Assembly (NCBI RefSeq): GCF_030028105.1
Contig: NC_092385.1
Coordinates: 37,662,774-37,726,773 of the forward strand
Source of the DNA: Mobula birostris
Taxonomy: Eukaryota
Direction: 5' to 3'
DNA: 64,000 bases
Shown here: in pieces, positions 13,491 to 26,415 of the stretch
How positions within the stretch are numbered: position 1 is the first letter of the stretch
How the letters are laid out: every line of letters begins with the position of its first letter
The notes under the pieces: generated by a model
Databases searched by the model: none
What the model saw: only the letters and a program-made list of their open reading frames with translations
Told to the model about the DNA's origin: nothing
Translations under genes and position numbers: made by a program

Positions 13491-13949
13491 CACTGCCTTA
13501 GTGAAAATAGTGAAATGAAAAATGCCAACATTTACAAAACACAATAATAGTTCAGTACATATCCTTGTCCAGTGTAAATTCCTGGCAGCCCCTAACGCTC
13601 CCTCGTACTGAGGGCGGTGAGCTCCTTTGTATACAGATCTAGCACATACCATCTTCAATTACCAACAAAGTTAACTTAAGATTACGCATGAATTAGAATA
13701 TGATGCACTCATAATGTACTTACAATCATATTACAAAATAAACATAAGTATCTACCTTATACACAAACAATATATAAACATTTCCACATCCTCATTACTA
13801 AGGAAATGGAGTATTCTGCTGTGTAAGACGGGAAAGGCACCATAGAGCCAACACGAGTGCATCGGCTTGGTTTAGGAGCCGTGAGAATATACTGGGGAAG
13901 ACATTGAAGTGTGTACAGTCAGCACAACGGCAGTTGAATAACAAGGCAG

Positions 13950-13982
13950 AGTGTGTGTGTGTGTGCGTGTGTTTGCGTGTGA
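13950..13982. repeat. (GT)n microsatellite
   Basis: Direct reading. Confidence 0.9.
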
Positions 13983-14019
13983 ATGCTCATGTGTAGATAG
14001 TGTGTATACCAAGTACTCT

Positions 14020-14165
14020 CCATCACACCCCTCTCTATGCTGACTGTCTCCCCTCTACACTCTCAGTGTTGGCATAAGATCTCGAGCTAAAACGTCACCA
14101 TTCCTCTGCTTCCACAGGTGCTGCCTAACCCACTGAGTTCTTCCAGCAGTCTCGGTTTTTTTTGG
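14020..14165 (+). mobile_element. Decayed Penelope-like terminus
   Basis: GCTGCCTAACCCACTGAGTTCTTCCAGCA matches the reverse complement of the terminal repeat. Confidence 0.6.
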
Positions 14166-14307
14166 CACACTGTTCCTCTTAGCAGTCAGAATTTAAAAAT
14201 TAATTTTCCTAGATTTTGCTTTATCTTCTTTTTAGTTTCTTCCTCAGCCTGTTTCTGTCAGCGGTTGAAAAGCTTTATTTCTGGACACGAGGTAATAGTG
14301 GCTGTGT

Positions 14308-14473
14308 AACACACAAAAAGTCAAGCAGCATCCATGGAAAGGGAATAAACAGTTGGCATTTTGAGTTGAGGTCCTTCATTGGGTCCCTGGCCAAAATAAA
14401 TCTGCCCTGATGAACGGTTTTGGCCTGAAATGACAACTGTTTATTTGTTCCATCCATAGATGCTGCCTGACCC
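14308..14473. mobile_element. Inverted pair of Penelope-like termini with hammerhead motifs
   Basis: Arms 14325-14355 and 14434-14466 are reverse complements. The plus strand reads CTGATGA-ACGGTTTTGGCCT-GAAA at 14407-14430. Confidence 0.75.
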
Positions 14474-14826
14474 ATCATAGGTACAACCCTCCCACCATTG
14501 AAGAGATCTGCAAGAGGTCATGTCTCAAGAAGGCAGCATCCATCATTTAAGAATATCATTATCTAAGGCATGCCCTCTTTGCATTACTACCAATGGGGCA
14601 GAGATAGAGGAGCCTGGAGACCCACACCCAAGGTTTTAAAAGCAGCTTCTTCCCCTCTGCCATCTCTAGATGGTCTATGAACCCGTGAACACTATTATTC
14701 ATCTTTTGCCCTATTTATTTATTTTGTATCTTATAGTATTTATTATTTTGCACTATATTCTACTGCAGAAGGACATTTCAGGACATATGTTAATGATAAT
14801 AAACCTGGTTCTGATTCTGATTCTAA
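14474..14826 (+). mobile_element. Rex1/Babar-type LINE 3' fragment
   Basis: Encodes RFKSSFFPSAI-like sequence; ends with AATAAAC and a (TTCTGA)n tail. Confidence 0.7.
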
Positions 14827-16924
14827 CTCCAAACCCCCGATATGCCTTCTTTAGCTTGTTTAAGTATAATTTAGTGACAGAAGTTTATGTTAGCGGTGCA
14901 CGTGAAAGCTGGTGACATATTTTTTGGTGCACTCCCAAGATAAGCTGACTGCCGGAGTCCATCAGAAACTAGGCTATTCCAGGAAGTGGGCAAAGGAGCT
15001 TTCACTGTGACTGCGAGGACTGACAAAGCAGCTGGTGACTGGCAGGACAGGCTGTTCAGCCCAATGAAGAAGTTAGTGTGAAGCAAACACTGAACAAAGA
15101 TTGAGGAATATGGATCTGTTGTGTTTATCTATACTCAGTCATGGGATAAATAATTGCCGTCGCTACCTGCTGTCTGTCAATCTAAGTCCAGGCACACTGT
15201 GTTGGTAACGGAACCATTCTTACTGCTTGGAACAATTGACGATGGTTTGTAATTGCAAATTTTGGCTGAAAGATCCTATGAAAAGATTAGTGTACCTACT
15301 TACAAAACTGGCTGTAGTCATCACTTCTAGAGGCCTGGGATGGGTTTTTGCTCTGATCGTATTTCCAGGAATGAAAGCTGACAGTTTCTGAATTTCCAGT
15401 AAACATTCTCTGGTAAGAACACTATCTCCTCAACTGTCCAAACCTGGCTCCCTTGAAACAAATGCCTGGGGATCGTTCCATTTGAGGCTTCTCCAGCTTT
15501 GCCAAGAGCATTACTTGTACATAAGATCACGGTTGCATAGCACTCCTTGGCACTTGACAAGTCCCAGAGAAGACATCTCCAAAGGTAAATCTACTGGCAG
15601 TAGGTCTGAGACGTGCTTCTTACAAGATGAGGAATTTCCTGTGGCTTTCCCTCACTCTGTGAAAGTTTACTCTTTTCAGATGTTTAAGTCACAACTGCTC
15701 CCTGAGGCACACTGTGTGCAAAATGGTGAATAGAGTCAACATTTTGCAATTTTTTCCCGTTAAGAGTTTGTTTAAGCTGGACTGAAGTTACAGATGACAT
15801 CAAACCAGGAGAAAAGAGCAAAACTGAAATCCTCATCTTGCCAAACTCTGTAAATATTTTGCACAGCGTGACAGCACAAAATGCCAATCACTTCAGTTTA
15901 TAATTCATTGGATGGTATTATGCAAAATACATTTTTTTAATTAGATGAACTTCCTCTTCATCCATCGCACTGCCCCCCCTCCCCAAAAATTATAGTTTAT
16001 ATGAATGAGCACGCATAACGTTGGAATCATTTTCACAGACCTGAACTTTGATTTCATTGCATTAATTGCTGTACATCCTGAGGCAGCAGATCATGGATCA
16101 ATTACTACCATTGATATTATTCTTGTAAGCAAGTCGCCAGGTCTCTGAATAATTAAGAATAGTCAGTTGCTAGAACTAAGAAATCCAATCTTGTGCAAAT
16201 GTTATATTAGAATATTTATTTCCCATATACTGTAGATAGTCTGAAGTAGTCAATAAGATATGGAGGAATTGTCTCTCCAATGCACTAACATACTTTGGCA
16301 ATGTTCATTTACAACCAATGACCTTAATCCTGATGTTTGCAATAAATCATTACGAGGCAACGTGGATGCTGCCAGTATTTACCTTCTTTTTTTCAGATTC
16401 CTCAGAATAGCTGTCTGTTCTTTCAAAATAATTCATCTGGAGAATGCAATAGGTTGTTGAATATTTTAAGAACTGTGCTAGCAGGACCCAGTGGACATAA
16501 GATTTCTGGCCCATTCCCCTCTATGGGTGTCATGTACATTTCTTCCACACTAGTGCTTAACTTTGTTGGGATCTCATTACCTGCCACATTGTGAAAACTG
16601 CTGAAGTTGAAATATGTAAAAGTTAAGGTTAATTAAAATGTCTAAAAACAGTTGAAGTAAAGCAAGATCAATTGATGAATTAGCTTTCGTTCTCCTAAGC
16701 CTCTTCATTCCTTGTCCTTTGCTTCCCAATTAAATCAACAGCTTCTTAGACAGAAGAAACTACCCCAGAAATCTCAGCAATACCAGACGATGCCCTTTTA
16801 CCTCTGTGCCAGAGGAATCTGCCATTTTTCAAACTCCAAACCTGTTAGTAAGTCCTGGATTTTTGCATTTGTATTGTGTGAGTTCCATTACAGGACTTAA
16901 TGAGCACCAACCATTCCTGTTGGA

Positions 16925-17265
16925 ACCGTAAAACAAAGGAGTAGATATTAGGCCATTTGGCCCATTGAGTCTACTCTGCCATTTCATCATGGCTGATTTA
17001 TTATCCCTTTCAACCCATTCTCCTGCCTTCTCCCTGTAACCTTAGACATCTTTACTAGTCAGGAACCTATCATCCTCTGCTTTAAATATACTCATTGACT
17101 TGGCCTCCACACCCACCTGTGGCAGTGAATTCCACAGAATCGCCGCCCTCTAGCTGAAGAAATTCCTCCTTATTTCTGTTCTAAAAAGATGCCCTTCTAT
17201 TCTGAGGCTGTGTCCTCTAGTCCTAGCCTCCCCCACTGTGGGAAACATCCTCTGCACATCCCACA
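16925..17265 (-). mobile_element. CR1 LINE 3' fragment
   Basis: Closely resembles 42851-43200; the reverse strand reads RRNFFS-RAAILWNSLP. Confidence 0.8.
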
Positions 17266-18670
17266 GCAAGATCTGGCTCAATTAATGTTTTAGTTATCTG
17301 TAAATAAGCCATTTGCTTTTTTTTAGACATTAGTGTTCTTTTGCATCCCATAATAACAAGTAAATGCACAACTTGAGAACTATCCCTCTATACATCAGAA
17401 GACCTGCAGCCATGAGAAATAGTTAGAATTAACTATTAGATGACACTCACTATGTAAACTTAGAAATGAAGAACAAAGATTAGTCCTTGATGGTTAAAAG
17501 CACATGAAAAATCAAAGCCTAGCAAGAATTAACACATAAGAGTGAGAGAGTGGAAAATGATTGCAAGTAACCACAACTTGCAGAGTACACGCTCATTCAT
17601 GATTGTAAACCATCAGAACTACCATTTGGTGACGAGTAATTTATGTGCCTGTAACAGGTCATTTTGCCCCACTGTTTAAACTAAACATCTTGTGCAAGAT
17701 CTAAAGTTCAAATCTTGCTTCGCCTGAGGTATTAAGGGTGTAATTTTTGGCTTAGTTCAAATTCAGTAGTTATTCCATGAACCCAGCGAGCAGAGGCTCA
17801 ACAGTGTTGGATTAAGGCACAAGTGAACTGTATTCTGCTGTTGCCTGAATCAAAAACCAGACTGTTATAACTCGAGAGGAGGAATGGAAGCACAGAGAAA
17901 GTTTTAGCCTGGCAGGAGTCAATGCAACCTCATTGTGGTAAAAATAGAATTGCTGTAATAATGCTGACTAGGAACAGTTGTGAAATTACTGAAATTCACA
18001 CCCACTAAATAAAGAGATAACGCCATTCAAAGAATTGTCCTTACTTACATACATGTGCAAAATGACTAATGCAGGTGGCTGGGAAAAATGAGAGATTACG
18101 TGGGAGTGCTGCTATAATAGGTCACATGATGAAACAATGCAACACAAAGTAGCTGGTGTTACAAAAACCATTGCCAATCACTTTGACGACTTTTATATGT
18201 AATGGCACCTCAACATACAGTATATGGATGGTTCCAAGCTCCCGCACACTTTCTGCTAACCCATGCTTTTCTTGGATGGCGACTTACTCATAAAATTTCA
18301 CAACCTGTGATGCACAGGACTGTGCATGAAATCACCATGGTAAATGTTGGAAATGGTAGTTCTGGCCAGGAAAATACCTGGAGCAGTGATAGAAGAGCCT
18401 GCTTCAACTGGAGACCATTGCACAATGAAATGAATCTAGTGAAAGTTATGGAGTTTTCAAATGCTTCACAATTTGCACTGCTCAAAGTTAAGTGATATTT
18501 CACTAGTAAGGGAAAGAAGGAGATATTTGGACTTAACAGTTAAAGATTCGCTGTAGATGAATATGGATTTTAGTAAGGTATCTGACAAAGTTCTCCATGG
18601 TTGGTTCATTCAGAAAGTCAGGTGGCATGCAATCCAAGCAATCTTGGCTGCATAACTTCAGAATTGGCTT

Positions 18671-19282
18671 CAAATACAAAATGCTGGAGGACCATGCTTA
18701 GTGGGCCATGAAGCACCTATGGAAAAGAATACTGCGGAGATTTCAGGCCAAGACCCCTCATCTGGACTGGAAAAAAAGATGAGGAGTCAGATTAAGAAGG
18801 TAGGGAGGGGAGGAAGAACCACAAGGTGATAGGTGAAACTGGGAGGGGTGAAGTAAAGAGCCGGGAAGTTGACCGGTGAAAGAGGTACAGTGCTGGAGAA
18901 GGGGGGAATCTGATAGGAGAGGACAGAAAGCCATGGAAGAAAGAAAAGGGGGAGGAGCAACAGAGGGAGGTGATGAGTAGATAAGAAGATAAAGTGAGAG
19001 GGAAATGGGATTGGGGAATGGTGGGGGCGGGGGCATTACCAGAAGTTCAAGAAATCGATGTTCATGCCATCAGGTTGGAGGCTACCCAGACGAAATATAA
19101 AGTGTTGCTCCTCCAACCTGAGTGTGGCCTCATCGTGACAGTAGAGGACGCCATCGACTGACATGAATGGAATGGGAAGTGGAATTAAAATGAGTGGCTA
19201 CTGGGAGATCCTACTTTTTCTGGTGGATGGAGCCTAGGTGTTTGGTGAAGTAGTCTCCCAATCTGCGTCAGGTCTCACCTAC
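18671..19282 (-). mobile_element. Penelope-like element 3' part: GIY-YIG endonuclease C-terminus, pyrimidine-rich UTR and hammerhead-like terminus
   Basis: The minus strand encodes GET-RRLGDYFTKHL...DLPVATHFNSTSHS...EATLRLEEQHFIFRLGSLQPDGMNIDF. CAGTC CAGATGA GGGGTCTTGGCCT GAAA lies at ~18741-18769. Confidence 0.9.
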
Positions 19283-20027
19283 TGAAGGCTCTAGTAAGTG
19301 GAATGTGTGCTCCTGGAGGTTGGTGATTACTGATTTTCTGCAGGGATCTGTTCTGGGACCACTGGTCTTTGTGATTTTTATAAATGACTTGAATGGGAAG
19401 GTGGAAGGGTGGGTTAGTCCGTTTGCAGAGGACATAAAGGTTGGTGGTGCTGTGAACAACGTATAAGATTATCGTACAGTATATTACCTAGAGACATTTA
19501 TAGGATGCATAGAAATGGCAGCTGGAGTTCAATCTGGAAAAATCTGAAGTGATATAGGATTAAAATTGCAGGATTCTTAACATTATGGAGGAACCAAGGG
19601 ATCTTGGGCTTCATGTCTATAAATCCATCAGAATTGCAGTGCAAGTTGATAGAGTGGTTAAGAAGGCGTATGGTGTGTTGGCCTTCATTAGTCAGGTGAT
19701 CGAGCTAAAAAACCAAGAGGTAATACTGCAGCTCTATAAAACTCTGGTTAGACCACACTCGGAGTGTTGTATTTAGTTCTGGTGGCCTCATTATAGAAAG
19801 GAAGTAGAAGCTTTAGAGAGGTTGCAGAGGAAAGTTACCAGGATGCTGCCTTGATTAGAGAGCATGTCTTATGAAGATCGACTGAGTGAGCTGGGGCTTT
19901 CCTCTTTGGAGAGCAGGAGGATGAGAGGTGATTTGATAGACATGTACATCACGATAAAAGGCAAAGGTAGAGTGGAGAGCCAGAGACTTTTTCCTAGAGT
20001 GGAAACAGCGAGTTGGCTAGAGGTACG

Positions 20028-20263
20028 TATTTATGTATTTATTGAGAAAAAGTGTGGAATAGGCCCTTCTGGCCCTTTGAACTGTGCGGCCCAGCAACCC
20101 TTGATTTAACCCTAGTCTAATTTACAACGACCATTAATCTATCAACTGGTATGTTTTTGACTGTGGGAGGCAAACCACACGGTCACAGGAAGAACACACA
20201 GGCAGTGGCAGGAATTGGACCCAGGTCACTGGTACGGTAATGTTTTGTGCGACCACTATGCCA
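20028..20263 (-). mobile_element. tRNA-derived SINE (V-SINE/HE1-like)
   Basis: The head has A-box-like TAGTGGT and B-box-like GGTCCAATTCC; the tail is CR1-like (GGGCC...AAGGGCCT). It is homologous to 57078-57362. Confidence 0.75.
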
Positions 20264-20384
20264 GGGTTCTCTTTTTACACAGAGAGTGGTAGGTGCATGG
20301 AACATGCTGCCAGGGGTAGTGGTAGAGACGGATACATTAGGGATATTTAAGAAAAACAATGTTGTGCTGAACAAGTTAAATTAA

Positions 20385-21817
20385 TAATCAGTTAACTAAT
20401 CCCATCTGCCTACATCCATATCCTTCGATTTTCCTTATATTAATGTGCCTATATAAACATCTCTTAAAAACCACCCCTGGCAGTACATTCCAGACACCCA
20501 CCACTCTCTGTGTAAAAAAAACACGCCCCTTGCATCTCTTTTGAACTTACATCCTCTCACTTTAAATGGAATTAGACATTTCAACCCCGGGAAAAAAGAT
20601 ACTGCCTGTCTACTTTATCTATGCCTGTCATAATCTTATAAACCTCTTAACAGATCTCCCCTTAGCTTCTGCTGCTCTAGAGAAAACAACAGCACATGCC
20701 CTCTAATCCAGGCAGCATCCTGGTAAATCTCTTTTGCACCCTCTCCAAAACCTCGACATTCTTCCTGTAATGGAGTGACCAACGCAGTGTGCAATATTCC
20801 AGATGTGAACTAAACAGAATTTTATAAAGCTGCAACATAACGTCATAGTTTTTGAACTCAGTGCCTTGACTAACAAGGGCAAGCATGCCACATGCCTTCT
20901 GAACTAACCTATCAACCTGTGTAGCCACTTTTTGGGAACTGTGAATTTGGACCCCAAGATCCTTCTGCCCAACAACACTGTAAAGCCTCTTGCCCTTAAC
21001 AGTATATCATCTCTTTACGTTTGTCTTACCAAATTGCACCACTTCATATTTTTGACTGGGTTAAACTCCATCTGCCATTTCTCTGCCCATATTTGCAACT
21101 GTTCTACGGGTCGACCTTCACTAATCCGGCACCACTGGGACCTGAGGAGTGCCAGATTAGTGAAAATGCCGAATTACAGAAGGATCACATTAAGCATAAT
21201 CAGTGCCGGATGATCGAAGGAACCGGATTACAGGTAGTCGGATTAGCGAAGGTCGACTGTATATCCTACTGTATTAGTTGTCATTCATCTACTCTATCCA
21301 CAACCCCACCAATCTTCGTAACATTTGCCAACTTACTAACCCACCCACCTGCATTTTCATCCAGGTCACTTATATACAATACAAACTGCGGAGGTCCCAG
21401 TACAGACCCATGCAGAACACCACTAATCACAGCCCTCCAGGTAGACTAAGTCCCTTAACCACTACCCCCTGTCTTCTATGAGCAAGTTAGTTCTGAATCC
21501 AAATGACAAATTCACCATGGATCCCATGCACTTTAAGCTTCTGGATGAGCCTCTTATCAAACAACTTACTAAAATGCATGTAGACAACATCCACAGGTCT
21601 ACCTTCATCAATCATCCTCATCATCTCGGAAAAAAATTTAATCTAGTTAATACGACACTACTTGCCCTGCACAAAGCCACTCTAGCTCTCTTTAGTTAGG
21701 GCATGGTTTTCCAAATGCTCATAAATACTGTCCCATAGAATTCTCTCCAGTAACGTCCCTACCACTGACAAGAGACTCACCAATCTATAATTTCCAGGAT
21801 TATCCCCGGTTCCCTTC
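20385..21817 (-). mobile_element. CR1 LINE nested in the plus-strand CR1
   Basis: ORF 20677-20928 HLEYC...LERVQKRFTRMLPGL, with RT motifs on the reverse strand. Confidence 0.85.
21107..21259. mobile_element. Tigger/pogo-like MITE
   Basis: TIRs GTCGACCTTCACTAATCCG / CGGATTAGCGAAGGTCGACTG, flanked by TA at 21105-21106 and 21260-21261; it interrupts the CR1. Confidence 0.85.
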
Positions 21818-22729
21818 TTAAGTAATGTAATCTTGAATAATAACTGAAAAATGGAGGGCTAGGCATGTAGATTGACCTTGGAGTAAGTTAAAGGGTTGGC
21901 ATAGCATTATGGGCCAAAGGGCCTGTACTTTGCTGTACTGTTCTATGTATGAATTTTTAAGTGGTGGATAAAAAGTAGAGAAACGGGAAGGAAAATTAAA
22001 CATAAAATTATGAGATTTGCATTTGTATTTTCTTTTGCTAGTTATCACTGTAGTAACAACTCAGGTTACTTTGTTACTATAATGGCCCCCACCTCTTTTC
22101 CTGTGACATTAGACAAGGCGTTTTTTGTGGGACTCAGTCAATAGTAGGAAAGTAGCTTGTGTAGCACATGCATCCAAAAGTATTATTGCTTTGATTTGTA
22201 GTTCTAACAGTTTATAATCTTAACACTTTGCTCTCTCTCTGCTTTTCATTCTAAATATACCGAGCAGGGGATTTTTTTTTTGGCCACTCATCACATTGTT
22301 GTTCTAAGGATGTGGTTTGCACGAGCAGCAGTAACCCCACCACGCACAGTTGTTGTTTCAAAATCCCACTCTGCTACAGTTCGGCTGAGTGGCAGAGGGT
22401 GAAATTTTACTCAGGGCGCCCGATTTTCTTTTGTGTGTGCTGGCATTCAGTCAGTTACAGGTATCCACCAAACCTCAGTCTTGAGAGTCAGGACTTCCAC
22501 AAACAGTCTTAACCCTTTACCCTTTCCTTCGCTTAGTCCCACTGATTGGTTAAATACAAGTCCATAGGTTTCTATCAATATAAAAGCAAATGCAAGCTTG
22601 TTTTGACAACAATGTTTTTTGCAGCGTACTAATATAAGTTTTGTACAATAAAGCTAAACGCAATGGAAATGCAGATTAATAATGTTGAATTTCATATTTC
22701 CTTCATTATGTAATACTCTATGGGAAATG

Positions 22730-24146
22730 GGAAGATGAAGAAAGGAAATTACAGGCCAATTAGCCTGACTTCAGTGGTTGGAAAGGTGTTAGAGTCCATT
22801 ACTAAGGGTGAAGTTTCAAGGTACTTGGAAGCACATGATAAGATAGGCCAAAGTCAGTATGGTTTCCTTAATTGGAAGTCTTGCCTGACAAACCTTTTGG
22901 AATTCTTTGAGGAAATAATAGGTAAAATAGAAAAAAGAGAATCAGTGGACACTGTTTACTCAGATTTTCAGAAGGCCTTTGCCAAGGTGCTGCACATGAG
23001 GCTGCAAGATAGCAGCCCATGGTATTACAGGAAAGATACTAGTAAGGTGACACGTTTCCTCCAGCATTTTGTATGTGTTGCTTTGGATTCCCAGCATCTG
23101 CAGACTTTCTCGTGTTTAGGATGGAAGATTGGCTGATTGACTGAAGGAAACAAGGGGAATAAAGAGGGCCTTTTCTGGTTGGCTTCCACTGATTAGTGGT
23201 GTTCCACAAGGGTCAATGTTGGGACAGTTTCTTTTCATATTATAGGTCAATGATTTGCATGATGGAATTGATGGCTTTGTGGCCAGGTTTGCAGATGATA
23301 TGAAGATTGGTGGAGGGGCGGGTAGAGTTGAGGAAGCAGGGAGTCTGCAGAAGGAATTAGATTGAGAAAAGAAGTGACAGATGAAATATAGTGTAGGGAA
23401 GTGTATGGTCATGCACTATTCTCTAATAGAGAAGAAACTTCAAAATTCTGATGTGCAAAGGGACTTGGGAGTCCTTGTGCAGGTTTCTCTAAAGGTTAAC
23501 TTGCAGGTTGAGTGGGTGGTAAAGAAGGCTAGTGCAATGTTAGCATTCATTTCAAGAGAACTAGAATATAAGAGCAATGATGTGATGCTGAGGCTTTATA
23601 AGGCATTGGTCAGACCACACTAGGAGTATTGTGAGCAGTTTTGGGCCCTTTAGAAAAGATGTGCTGGCATTGGAGAGGGTCCAATGAAAGATACGAGAAT
23701 GATTCCAGAAATGAAATGGTTAATGCACAAGAAAGGTTTGATGCCTCTGTGCCTGTTCTCGCAGGAATTTAGAAGAATGTGGATGGATCTCATTGAAACC
23801 TATTGAATATTGAAAGGCAGAGATAGTGTGGATATGGAGAGGATGTTTCTTATTGTGGGTAAGTCTAGGTCTAGAGGGCACATCCTCAGAACAGAGGGAC
23901 ATCCACTTAGAACAGAAATGAGGAGGAATTTCTTTAGCCAGAGGGTTGTGAATCTGTGGAATTCATTGACATGGATGGCGTGGAGGCCAAGTCATTGAGT
24001 ATATTTAAAGCCGAATTTGAAAGGTTCTTGCTGGGCATGAAAAGTTACAGAGAGGAGGCAGGAGAATGGGATTGAGGGGGATAATAAATCAGCAATGATG
24101 GAATGGCAGAGACTAATACTGCTCCTATGTCTTATGGTCTTATGGA
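22730..24146 (+). mobile_element. CR1 LINE, 5'-truncated, with a short Penelope-like terminus insert (~23050-23117)
   Basis: GNYRPISLTSVVGKVLE, SCLTNLLEFFE, DFQKAF, RFADD and NFFSQRVVNLWNSL motifs; (TCTTATGG)n tail. Confidence 0.9.
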
Positions 24147-24504
24147 AAATTTTAGTACAACTCACAAAACAAAATAAACAGCAAACTAGCACAGAACATG
24201 GAAATATATATTTCAGACATGTAAATAGGGGAAACTTTCTGAGCAATTTATCAAATCTGTACTATTATTCAATAAAGCTGTTGAAATGGTCCCAAGAAAC
24301 TACATTGCATTGCTATATAATTCCAAAAATTTAATATGATATCTATTCTAGTATTGAATGAAACTCTACTTGTGGGTGCAAAAAGTTGTAGATTCTGAAG
24401 TGTGTTCAAAAAGATGTTCATGATCAATATGTTTACTGGCCAAGAAAGAGTTACTGTATGCAATCCCAGGGGAAAGAAGTGGAACATGTGCTACATTCAC
24501 CTAA

Positions 24505-25043
24505 CTCAGGTGTGAGGTTGGATCACTCCAAGTGCCAAGCCAATTTGGTAAGATCGAGAACGGCGCTGGGCTGCGCTGCCTGGGCGTGTCGCTGCATCAG
24601 GATCTGGTGGCGCTACCTGGTGCTTGGACAACTTAAGCACTGGCCCTGATAGACTGGAAAGCCTGAGGACTGGGCTGATTTCGCTTGCTCTCCTGCAATG
24701 TTCATTCCTCTCTGCAGTGATGAGACTGTGAACCGATCTAGCAGCTGTCACCTTTGCGAGTTTCACAGCATTTTTGCCCCACTAATTTGATGAACTGATA
24801 TGAAGGCTTGGGCCTGGGCCTTCTCTGGCTGCTCCAGGGAATGGACCTAAGGACTCAGTCTGGTTCGGAATGCTTTTGTTTCCATGACATGTGTGTATAT
24901 TTCACAGCGCAGTGGTTATGGTCTTTCTTTTTTTTAAATTGGGTTAATTAGGTTTCTTGCTTTGAGGCTGCCTGTGGGCAAACAAGTCTCAAAGAGTATA
25001 ATTTCTACATTCTTTGATAATAAATATACTTTGACTCTTTGAA
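24505..25043 (+). mobile_element. Non-coding GC-rich SINE-like element with a Rex1-type 3' tail
   Basis: CpG-containing body. The tail TTTGATAATAAATATACTTTGACTCTTTGA matches the LINE tail at 28896-28928. Confidence 0.55.
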
Positions 25044-25049
25044 TATGGA

Positions 25050-26415
25050 GAATGTTGCTGTCAAGGAGCATTTTGAGAATAGTGATCATAATGTTGTAAC
25101 ATTGAGTAGTAATTGAAATAAGCAAGAAGCAACTTAGAATAAAACTTAAACTTAAGAAGACTAATGGGTAAATTGAAGAAGGATCTTAACCTATGCAAAT
25201 CATGTAGAAAACTGGCAGACAAAAACAGTAAAACAAAGATCACCCTGTATAAATAAATGGCTTGGATGAAGTATGGTTGCATGCTCACAAGAGAAATAAG
25301 TAGGGCAACCTGGATGATTGAGTGGGATGAAGGACAGATGTCAGCTTAATAATGCTAATGAGAATCTGTCTAAATATGAAACGTACGGAGGTTGTTAAAG
25401 AGGAAATGATAGAGGCAAAGAGACAGTGAGATAATAAATTTGCAACTAACATGAACTGGAATTTATATTTTTAAGGCCCATTAACAGTCATCAGAAGATC
25501 AAAGAGAGCTGAGGTGAAGATATATTAGGCCACAACATGAGTGAAGTACCAACTCTGAATTTGCATAATGTTTACTAAGAACTGGAATAAGAGCTGTGGT
25601 TTATATTTACTATTACCGTGCATTCAGTTACTCATCAATGGTGTGACTTTTTTTAGAAAAAATCTTTTAGAAGCAAAAAATGCTTCCAGGGCAAAAAAAA
25701 AAAAATTGCTAACAGCTAACAGGATGAATCTGGGGCAGAGAAGGAAGCCCTACATTGAAATGTTTAGGGGAAATTATTTTTGTCTGACTTGATCAAGTTT
25801 TTTTAAGGTATATATTAAAGTGAGTGTTCACCAACCTTTGTAGATGACAGGCAAGCTATTAAAATAGTTACACAAAGCATAGAAAATCCTAGGCTTCACT
25901 GAGTACAGATGCCTTGCAGTTATCCAAGACCTACATTGGGCATTACATTTAAAATCTCATTTGTATTTTGTCCAAATTCTTCACAACTTTGATTATTGTA
26001 ATGTTTCTAGATATCTTGATTTAAATTTAGATGGATTGACTGGAGAGTAGGTCAAAGGCTTATTATTTTTTGACAGAGAGTCTCAAGAGTAGATCTGATA
26101 CATACGAATGAAAGACTTTGAACTAAGGACTGAAGGAGAAACAGTTTCTAGGGCAGAGTAGATAACCATACAGAACAGAATTGAGGTGTTTGGCTAAAGA
26201 ACCAAAGATGACATGAGACAAAAGTTAATGGCTTTTGGACTTGGACAGTGTTGCCTGATATGGAAGTTAATTCAGCAGTAGATTTTAAGATAGAATAGGA
26301 TTAACCCTTAGAGGAAAACTTACAGAGAGTGGAACTAACTGGATTGCTCTTCAAAAGATATGGTGTAGACTAGGAGAAATGGCCACTAGTTATACTGGAC
26401 TATTATGATTGTGTC
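25050..26415 (+). mobile_element. Highly decayed CR1 remnants
   Basis: Patchy similarity (SDHN at ~25081, CLT-SSFF at ~25780, and a CR1-like 3' end). Confidence 0.45.

Larger units (their letters stand above)
18550..20360 (+). mobile_element. CR1 LINE interrupted by a Penelope-like element and a SINE; its 3' tail is at 21820-21952
   Basis: YMDFSKVSDKV, QGSVLGPLVF, LYKTLVRPH and FTQRVVGAWN motifs. Confidence 0.85.

Noticed and set aside
24646-24661. Hammerhead-like CTGATAGACTGGAAA
   Set aside because: Core spacing is wrong and there is no stem II or cleavage triplet.
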